Source: an uncultured virus (IMG/VR IMGVR_UViG_2597490124_000004) (taxonomy: Duplodnaviria > Heunggongvirae > Uroviricota > Caudoviricetes). Taken from it: a DNA stretch of 20,000 nucleotides. The notes beneath the pieces were generated by a model, which was given only the letters and a program-made list of their open reading frames with translations, was not told the DNA's origin and did no database searches. The stretch lies in IMG/VR virus record IMGVR_UViG_2597490124_000004; one strand, given 5' to 3'. A program made the position numbers and the translations under genes. Below are positions 14,189-20,000 of the stretch, piece after piece (position 1 is the first letter of the stretch; every line of letters starts with the position of its first letter).

Positions 14189-14541
14189 ATAAGACGCTGA
14201 CGGAGGCGCAGATCAACCGGCGCTGGGTCGAGATCTTGATCGAGACCTTGAGCCTTGAAAAGCCCACTACGATCGGGCCTAACGACGCATCGTGTTTCGT
14301 GAACGCGCTTCGCGGAATTCTCGCCGCTCAGCAGCCGGAGCCGCGCGCCGAGGTGACGAACGACGACAAAGTGTGCGCCGAACGGTATCGGTGGTTGCGC
14401 GAGCGAGCGTGGTACGTCGATGCAGCGACGTACGCGCTCGAGCTTCGCGAGCGCTGGCGCAACGGCGATGAGCCGCCCCCTGATACAGACGATGTCGAAT
14501 GCGCGCTCGACGCCGCCCGCACTCAAGGGAGCCGCACGTGA
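14185..14541 (+). CDS. Hypothetical phage protein (118 aa; AERYRWLR motif)
   Basis: ATGA/GTGA coupling. AERYRWLR...LDAAR pattern typical of lambdoid accessory proteins. Confidence 0.75.
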   Translation: MNKTLTEAQINRRWVEILIETLSLEKPTTIGPNDASCFVNALRGILAAQQPEPRAEVTNDDKVCAERYRWLRERAWYVDAATYALELRERWRNGDEPPPDTDDVECALDAARTQGSRT

Positions 14542-15503
14542 GCGAAAACAGCAAAATCGAATGGTGCGACCACACGTTCAATCCGTGGGAAGGTTGTCAG
14601 AAGGTCGGCCCCGGCTGCGACCACTGCTACGCTGAAGCGCGCAACACGCGTTTCGGTGGCGGCAAGCCCGTCAACTGGGGACCGGGCGCGCCGCGTCGCC
14701 GCACGTCGCCGGCGAACTGGCGCAAGCCGCTCGCGTGGAATGCGGCGCACGACGAGTTCTTCGCCGCGCACGGGCGGCGCCAGCGCGTGTTCTGCGCGTC
14801 GCTCGCCGACGTGTTCGACAACGCAGTCGACCCGGCGTGGCGCCGCGACCTGTTCGACCTTATTGTCGACACACCGAATCTCGACTGGCTCTTGCTCACG
14901 AAGCGCGTTGGAAACGTTCAGCGGATGGTTCAAGCGGCAACCCTATGCGACTTTCTTCCGTCGAACGTCTGGCTCGGCGCGACGATCGTCAACCAGGCCG
15001 AAGCGGATCGCGATATTCCGAAGCTGCTCGCGATGCCCGCGCGAGTGCGTTTCTTGTCGATGGAGCCGCTGCTCGGGCCCGTGGATTTGGCGTCGAGCGG
15101 GGCCCTCTGGTCGGACATGAACGGGAATATCGTCAACGCACCTTCGTGCGGGCTGCGGGGCGTCGACTGGGTGATCGTCGGCGGCGAAAGCGGCCCCGGC
15201 GCGCGTCCGATGCATCCGGACTGGGCCCGCTCGCTCCGCGATCAGTGCTCAGCTGCCGGCGTGCCCTTCCTGTTCAAGCAATGGGGTGAATGGCGCGAGC
15301 CGGTCGACGGTGAGCGCTACGACACGACGATGGGTCGTGCTCAGCGCGTGCCGGCGTTCATCGTCTCGAAGACCGGCACCGTCCATTGCTTCGAGAACGA
15401 TCAGACGCGCGATGGCGGCCGAACGATGCTGCGGGTCGGCAAGCGCGCCGCCGGCCGCCAACTCGACGGCCGCACGCACGACGAATTCCCGGAGACTCTA
15501 TGA
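14538..15503 (+). CDS. Phage Gp37/Gp68 (DUF5131) family, radical-SAM-like protein
   Basis: SKIEWCDHTFNPWEGCQKVGPGCDHCYAE, LLLTKR, RFLSMEPLLGP, DWVIVGGESG, PFLFKQWG. GTG start at 14538. Confidence 0.9.
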   Translation: MSENSKIEWCDHTFNPWEGCQKVGPGCDHCYAEARNTRFGGGKPVNWGPGAPRRRTSPANWRKPLAWNAAHDEFFAAHGRRQRVFCASLADVFDNAVDPAWRRDLFDLIVDTPNLDWLLLTKRVGNVQRMVQAATLCDFLPSNVWLGATIVNQAEADRDIPKLLAMPARVRFLSMEPLLGPVDLASSGALWSDMNGNIVNAPSCGLRGVDWVIVGGESGPGARPMHPDWARSLRDQCSAAGVPFLFKQWGEWREPVDGERYDTTMGRAQRVPAFIVSKTGTVHCFENDQTRDGGRTMLRVGKRAAGRQLDGRTHDEFPETL

Positions 15504-15505
15504 CC

Positions 15506-15772
15506 TCAAACGTCAGGGAAACCAGCATTGATTGCTTGCATCGCGCGGTCAGCTGCGTCACGAAGAGCGTCTTCAACTTCCCCGAATATCGCTCCTTCGA
15601 GAACGTCATAAGGAAGGAAGTTCTTGTACACCGGCTTGCCGTCAAGCCTTGTGATTCTCGCTCTGGCCTTGAAGCCGCCATTTGGATCGGGACGGCCCGG
15701 AAGGTATTCGCGCGCCGCATTTACGACAATCAGGTGCGGCGGTACCTCGATCTCCCTATGCAATGCGGACAT
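15506..15772 (-). CDS. Hypothetical antisense moron protein (88 aa)
   Basis: GGAGAG RBS, ATG at 15772. Fills the gap between two + strand genes. Confidence 0.65.
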   Translation of the reverse strand: MSALHREIEVPPHLIVVNAAREYLPGRPDPNGGFKARARITRLDGKPVYKNFLPYDVLEGAIFGEVEDALRDAADRAMQAINAGFPDV

Positions 15773-15807
15773 GGCGCTCTCCATCAAGAAACCGTGGGAA
15801 TCCCAGT

Positions 15808-16512
15808 ATGACAGAGCGGCCAATTCTCTTTTCACGCCCGATGGTACGCGCCATCCTCGACGGCCGAAAGACGCAGACACGCCGCATCGCTATCCCGAAA
15901 CGCAGCTACGTCGATTTCATCGGCGGAGGGCCGAAGGGCGGCCCGGACTGGAATGACCCGACGTGCCGGGGCTTCGAAGATCCGAACACCGGCTTGTGGT
16001 GGGCGCTTCGCGGCGATGAGCAGTGCTATCAGCTTCCCTGCCCGCACGGAAATACCGGTGATCGACTGTGGGTGCGCGAGACCCACGACGCGAATCGCCT
16101 CGGCAACGAGACATTTCCGGATGGTAGTCAGCGATGGTATGCGGGCATTGCCTACCGCGCCGATGACGGACGGCACGAGGTCGACATCACAGACAGCCAG
16201 TGCAGAGGAATCGAGGCGAAACAGTGGCGCGGCTGGACGCCGAGCATCCATATGCCGCGCTGGGCATCGCGTATCACGCTCGAGATCACCGGCGTGCGCG
16301 CCGAGCGTCTGCAGAGCATCAGCGAGTCAGACGCTCGGGCCGAAGGCGTGACGATCGAGGATCACCACATGCGCGGATATTGCGCCGGCGAGCATCTGCC
16401 TCCGAGCATTCGCGCATTCCGCGATCTGTGGGACGGCCTCAACGCCGCTCGCGGCCACGGCTGGGATGCAAACCCCTGGGTGTGGGTTGTCGAATTCAGG
16501 CGTACCGGCTAA
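15808..16512 (+). CDS. ASCH/PUA-like phage protein
   Basis: MTERPILFSRPMVRAILDGRKTQTRR...GDRLWVRET...WTPSIHMPRWASRITLEIT...NPWVWVVEF. Confidence 0.85.
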   Translation: MTERPILFSRPMVRAILDGRKTQTRRIAIPKRSYVDFIGGGPKGGPDWNDPTCRGFEDPNTGLWWALRGDEQCYQLPCPHGNTGDRLWVRETHDANRLGNETFPDGSQRWYAGIAYRADDGRHEVDITDSQCRGIEAKQWRGWTPSIHMPRWASRITLEITGVRAERLQSISESDARAEGVTIEDHHMRGYCAGEHLPPSIRAFRDLWDGLNAARGHGWDANPWVWVVEFRRTG

Positions 16513-16705
16513 GCCACTCTTCCGAAAAATTCTTTGCATAGGCGACCGCTTCGGCCTCTGTGCCGAACTCGCCGAGATTCCGGAACGCGGCCTCCCTGCT
16601 GTATCCCAACTTCGTCACTTCGACCTGAGCGGCAAACTTGCCGTCTTCGGTCACGCGCGGCTCGCAGTTCATTTCGTACCCGCGCATCACAAATTTCTTC
16701 TGCAT
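16496..16705 (-). CDS. Hypothetical antisense small protein (69 aa)
   Basis: MQKKFVMRGYEMNCEP...FGTEAEAVAYAKNFSEEWL, a protein-like beta-beta-beta-alpha pattern filling the gap before xis. Confidence 0.7.
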   Translation of the reverse strand: MQKKFVMRGYEMNCEPRVTEDGKFAAQVEVTKLGYSREAAFRNLGEFGTEAEAVAYAKNFSEEWLSRYA

Positions 16706-16741
16706 TGGTTCAACGCCTTTTTGAGACAGAGGGATCGTAGC

Positions 16742-16951
16742 ATGGTCGACTCACCTACTCTGATTGCGCCTGCCCCGTACGTCACCGTAGCGCTTGCCGC
16801 CGTGATCACGGGCCTCACCGAGAAAGCCATCCGTCGAAAAATCGAGGACGGAAAGTGGCTCGAAGGTCGCGAGTACCGGCGCTCGCCTGACGGCGGCATC
16901 TTCATTTCCATCAAAGGGTATCAACTATGGGTAGAGCAAGCGGCGGCGTAG
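16742..16951 (+). CDS. xis: Excisionase
   Basis: YVTVALAAVITGLTEKAIRRKIEDGKWLEGREYRRSPDGGIFIS...WVE. Overlaps the int start. Confidence 0.85.
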   Translation: MVDSPTLIAPAPYVTVALAAVITGLTEKAIRRKIEDGKWLEGREYRRSPDGGIFISIKGYQLWVEQAAA

Positions 16952-18105
16952 AAATTCGCACGTCATCCATCCGCCTGAACTTCACACTCGACGGCAAAAG
17001 AGAACGGCAAACGCTGATGCTGAACGGCAAACCGATGCCGCCGACTCCGGCAAACGTCAAGTACGCCCACCGCCTGATCGCCGAGATCGTCGATCGGATC
17101 CGACTCGGAACCTTCAGTTTGGTCGAGTATTTTCCGACCTCTGGAGCACCCAGCACACTGACTGTCGGCGGCTGGCTCGACACCTGGCTCACCGCCCAGC
17201 GAATCGAATCGTCGACGAAAGACGGATACGAGAGCGCCATCCGATTCTGGAAAGCCGCGGCGTGCGACAAGAATCAGAATCCGCTCGGACCGACTCCACT
17301 CCGCAGGTTGAAGTTGAGCCACGTATTGACTGCGATTGCGGGCCGGCCTGACCTGAGCGGCAAAACGGTCAACAATTACGTGTCGGTAATGAGAAAGGCG
17401 CTCGACTTGGCCGTGTCCGACAATGTGTTGACCGACAATCCCGCGGCAAACGTGCCTCGCGCGAAACACCAAAAGCCCCCACCCGATCCGTTCTCCCGCG
17501 ACGAGTCTGAAAAAATCATCCATGAGGCCGAGCGCGCCTATCCCGGACAGGTCCACAACCTCATCGAGTTCTGGTTCTGGACCGGCCTTCGAACATCGGA
17601 GATATTTGGCCTGCAGTGGCTAAATGTGGATTTGCAGAACGGGACCATTCTGGTCGCCGAAGCGCTAGTCCGCGGCGAGCACAAGGATCGAACCAAGACA
17701 GCAGTCGCCCGCACGGTTCGCCTGAACAGCCGGGCGCTAGCTGCATTGACGCGTCAGCGCTCATTCACCCAGATGGCTGGCGCCGCGATTTTTCATGATC
17801 CGCGGTACAGCACCCGGTGGGAGGACGAGCGTGCATTCCGACGAAGCTTCTGGACGCCGATTCTGAAACGACTCGGAATTCGCTACCGTCGCCCGTACAA
17901 CATGCGGCATAGCTACGCGACCGCGATGCTGATGGCCGGAATGACCCCAGCGTTTTGTGCGAAACAGCTCGGGCACAGCATCGAGATGTTCCTGACAACG
18001 TACGCGAAATGGATGGATGGCGAGCAGAACGCTCTAGAGATGGCGAGGCTCGAATCGACGCTATTGTCCCCGAGTTGTCCCCCGCAAAGCAAAACAGGCG
18101 CCTAA
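16927..18105 (+). CDS. int: Tyrosine integrase with N-terminal arm-binding domain
   Basis: GVEIRTSSIRLNF N-terminus. Catalytic TGLRTSE, TKT, YNMRHSYA, QLGHS...TY. Confidence 0.95.
   Translation: MGRASGGVEIRTSSIRLNFTLDGKRERQTLMLNGKPMPPTPANVKYAHRLIAEIVDRIRLGTFSLVEYFPTSGAPSTLTVGGWLDTWLTAQRIESSTKDGYESAIRFWKAAACDKNQNPLGPTPLRRLKLSHVLTAIAGRPDLSGKTVNNYVSVMRKALDLAVSDNVLTDNPAANVPRAKHQKPPPDPFSRDESEKIIHEAERAYPGQVHNLIEFWFWTGLRTSEIFGLQWLNVDLQNGTILVAEALVRGEHKDRTKTAVARTVRLNSRALAALTRQRSFTQMAGAAIFHDPRYSTRWEDERAFRRSFWTPILKRLGIRYRRPYNMRHSYATAMLMAGMTPAFCAKQLGHSIEMFLTTYAKWMDGEQNALEMARLESTLLSPSCPPQSKTGA
18064..18082 (+). repeat. Tandem TTGTCCCC direct repeat, probable integrase arm-type sites
   Basis: TTGTCCCC at 18064 and 18075 (11-bp period), about 50 bp from the tRNA 3' end. 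Confidence 0.55.
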
Positions 18106-18120
18106 GCGCCTGTTTTGTTT
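18090..18120. terminator. Bidirectional intrinsic terminator between int and tRNA-His
   Basis: Perfect 12-bp stem CAAAACAGGCGC-ctaa-GCGCCTGTTTTG. The int stop codon is in the loop. Confidence 0.8.
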
Positions 18121-18130
18121 ATGCATTCGG

Positions 18131-18207
18131 TGGGGTGGCTGATGGGACTCGAACCCACGACGACAGGAATCACAATCCTGGACTCTACCAACTGAGCTAC
18201 AGCCACC
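18131..18207 (-). tRNA. tRNA-His (GUG), including G-1 and encoded CCA; prophage attachment site
   Basis: GGTGGCTGTAGCTCAGTTGGTAGAGTCCAGGATTGTGATTCCTG...GGTTCGAGTCCCATCAGCCACCCCA. Anticodon at 18171-18173. Confidence 0.97.
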
Positions 18208-18261
18208 ACTATTTTTTCTCCGCTTGATTCGCCGCAGTTGGCTCATCAACGAAGAAGCGAG

Positions 18262-18289
18262 ATTATACAAAGGCCGTTTAACTTTGCAA
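18262..18289 (-). promoter_or_regulatory. tRNA-His promoter
   Basis: TTGCAA-16 bp-TATAAT on the - strand, overlapping the dusA 3' end. Confidence 0.8.
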
Positions 18290-19297
18290 AGCCTTTTCTT
18301 CAAAAAAATCTTCCGGAGTCGTCAGGTGCGCGCGCGCCTCGTCGAAGATCGACAGATCGCCGCGCGCAAGACGCTTGCTGTCCGACAGCACGCGGCGCCA
18401 GCCGCGCGCGCCCGCGACGCCGCGATACAGACCGAGCGCATGCCGGACGATCGCGCCGAGATATGTGCCGCGCGCGAGTTCGGTCGCACAGTATTCGACG
18501 AGTTGCGCCTCCACTGCCTCGCGCGTCGGCGCCGGCGTGGCCGCGCCGTAGAAGCGCGCGTCGACGTCGGCGAGCACGTACGGATTGTGATAAGCCTCGC
18601 GGCCGAGCATCACGCCGTCGACGTGCTGCAGGTGCCGCTCGACTTCGTCGAGCGTCGTGATGCCGCCGTTGACGATGATCTCGAGCTGAGGAAAATCCTG
18701 CTTCAGCCGATACGCGTAGTCGTACTTGAGCGGCGGAATCTCGCGGTTCTCTTTCGGCGACAAGCCCTTCAGGATCGCGTTGCGCGCATGCACGATGAAC
18801 ACGTCGCAGCCGGCCGCGGCGACCGTGCCGACGAAGTCGCGCACGAACGCGTAGTCCTCGACCGCGTCCACGCCGATCCGATGCTTGACCGTCACCGGAA
18901 TCGACACCGCGTCGCACATCGCCTTCACGCAATCGGCGACGAGTTGCGGCTCGTTCATCAGGCACGCGCCGAACGCGCCGCGCTGCACGCGCTCGGATGG
19001 ACAGCCGCAATTCAGGTTGATTTCGTCGTAGCCCCAGCGCTCGCCGAGCTTCGCGGAATGCGCGAGATCCGCGGGCTCGCTGCCGCCGAGCTGCAGCGCG
19101 ACGGGCGCTTCGCCGGGCGTGAACGCCAGGTGGCGCGCGACGTCGCCGTGGACCAGCGCGCCCGTCGTCACCATCTCCGTGTAAAGCCACGTGTGGCGCG
19201 AGATCGTCCGATGAAACGAACGGCAGTGGCGATCGGTCCAGTCCATCATCGGGGCGACGGACACTCGGCGTGGACTGAACGAAGACGAGGCAGACAT
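18278..19297 (-). CDS. dusA: tRNA dihydrouridine(20/20a) synthase DusA
   Basis: VAPMMDWTDRHCR, LYTEM, QLGGS, EINLNCGCPSERVQRGAFGACLM, VHARNAIL.GLSPKENREIPPL, GVMLGREAYHNP. Confidence 0.96.
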   Translation of the reverse strand: MSASSSFSPRRVSVAPMMDWTDRHCRSFHRTISRHTWLYTEMVTTGALVHGDVARHLAFTPGEAPVALQLGGSEPADLAHSAKLGERWGYDEINLNCGCPSERVQRGAFGACLMNEPQLVADCVKAMCDAVSIPVTVKHRIGVDAVEDYAFVRDFVGTVAAAGCDVFIVHARNAILKGLSPKENREIPPLKYDYAYRLKQDFPQLEIIVNGGITTLDEVERHLQHVDGVMLGREAYHNPYVLADVDARFYGAATPAPTREAVEAQLVEYCATELARGTYLGAIVRHALGLYRGVAGARGWRRVLSDSKRLARGDLSIFDEARAHLTTPEDFFEEKALQS

Positions 19298-19411
19298 AGG
19301 CAGTACGGAAAAGCGCGGCGGCGCGTGGACAACCGCGCATTTTACCGCAATGCGACCGAAGGACAGGTTCGCGGGACGCGCGGCGCGCCGTTCGCGCTTG
19401 CCGATTCCCAA

Positions 19412-19459
19412 ATGCGAAAGCCCCGACCGCATGACGCAGCCGGGGCTTTCTTTCGCATC
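19412..19459. terminator. Intergenic hairpin (terminator or REP-like)
   Basis: GAAAGCCCCG(19416)...CGGGGCTTTC(19450), a 10-bp inverted repeat. Confidence 0.5.
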
Positions 19460-19745
19460 AGATCCTTTGGCACGAGGAGAAGATGCTTGAACCAGTATAT
19501 TCGACGCGCGCCGCGCGGCACGCCGATTCTTTGTGAATATTTGTATCGCTATTCAAGCGGTCGCGTGCGAGAACCGATCCAATCGGATGGATCGATGCGA
19601 ATACCGCCATCGAAGGTGCGTCGACAGCCCTGCGACACCGACGATGCACCGCCTCGAATCCGATGCCGCGCCCAATCGATTCGCGCCTCGCTCCCGCACG
19701 ATCCGCGCGCGGATCGCCGGCGCAACCGAGTACGGACAAAGCCCG

Positions 19746-20000
19746 TCAAACGACCCCCGCCCCCAGCAGTTCCCGATCGACCGTCGATCGCGCGACGGCG
19801 AGCGTCTGCTCGATTACCCTGCGCTCGCTGAGCAGCAGCCCGTCGATATGCACGAGGCGCCAGTCGATCACGACCGCGCCGCCCTGCAGCACCCGGTAAT
19901 GGGCTTTCTCGCCCGCCCAGAGCTGCTCGGTCTTCACTTCGATGTCGTAGCCCTTGTAAGACTCGCCGAAGTCGCCGATGTCATTGCCTTTCGGTTCCAT
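19746..20000 (-). CDS. Small host hypothetical protein (84 aa; possibly DUF6566-like)
   Basis: ESYKGYDIEVKTEQ...LAVARSTVDREL, with host-like codon usage. The start is at the window edge and may extend further. Confidence 0.65.
   Translation of the reverse strand: MEPKGNDIGDFGESYKGYDIEVKTEQLWAGEKAHYRVLQGGAVVIDWRLVHIDGLLLSERRVIEQTLAVARSTVDRELLGAGVV

Larger units (their letters stand above)
1..18170. mobile_element. Lambdoid-type prophage (early/regulatory/replication region and integrase end), integrated at tRNA-His; continues beyond the left edge of the window
   Basis: Gene order nucleases-replication initiator-ParB-MTase-cII-cro / cI ... xis-int next to the 3' end of a tRNA. Host dusA lies beyond the tRNA. 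The exact att core cannot be fixed because the other junction is outside the window. Confidence 0.93.

Noticed and set aside
13119..15289. Long antisense or alternative-frame ORFs (13119..13901, 14656..15120, 14735..15289; similarly 1167..1844 and 2933..3553)
   Set aside because: They overlap well-supported genes and have low-complexity GC-driven composition with no RBS or motifs.
18278..19297. dusA as the integration site (dusA-associated integrase islands)
   Set aside because: dusA is intact with host-like flanks. The integrase abuts the tRNA-His 3' end instead.
18224..19831. 535-aa + strand ORF, and the 346-aa alternative - strand ORF 18300..19340, over dusA
   Set aside because: Shadow frames of a very high-GC gene, Arg/Ala-rich with no motifs. 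They show that long off-frame ORFs occur by chance here, which is why the MTase beta call rests on motif IX, the repeats and start/stop geometry rather than on length.

Overview
Bases 1 to about 18,170 are the early half and integrase end of a lambdoid-type temperate prophage in a high-GC betaproteobacterium (Burkholderia-like, inferred from gene content). It is inserted at the 3' end of a tRNA-His(GUG) gene. Bases 18,131-20,000 are host: tRNA-His, dusA and a small hypothetical gene. The phage part has a divergent switch (cro-like 6799-7095 on -, short cI-like 7177-7578 on +) with readable promoters and operators. The - strand 'PR' operon carries cII, an XF1762/Mom-like GNAT gene, a C5 DNA methyltransferase, ParB, a replication initiator with iterons, and DUF1064 and DUF1364 nucleases. 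A LysR + MFS transporter cargo lies between cI and a second operator/promoter ('OL/PL'). The + strand 'PL' operon carries small genes, a structured RNA, a mosaic protein, Gp37/Gp68, an ASCH-like gene, xis and int. The most striking signal is the methyltransferase locus. It is dual-coded end to end: two same-strand 465-codon ORFs offset by 4 nt split the conserved C5-MTase motifs between frames, and both are coupled to the upstream Mom-like gene. All family assignments are from motif recognition by eye, with no database searches run.
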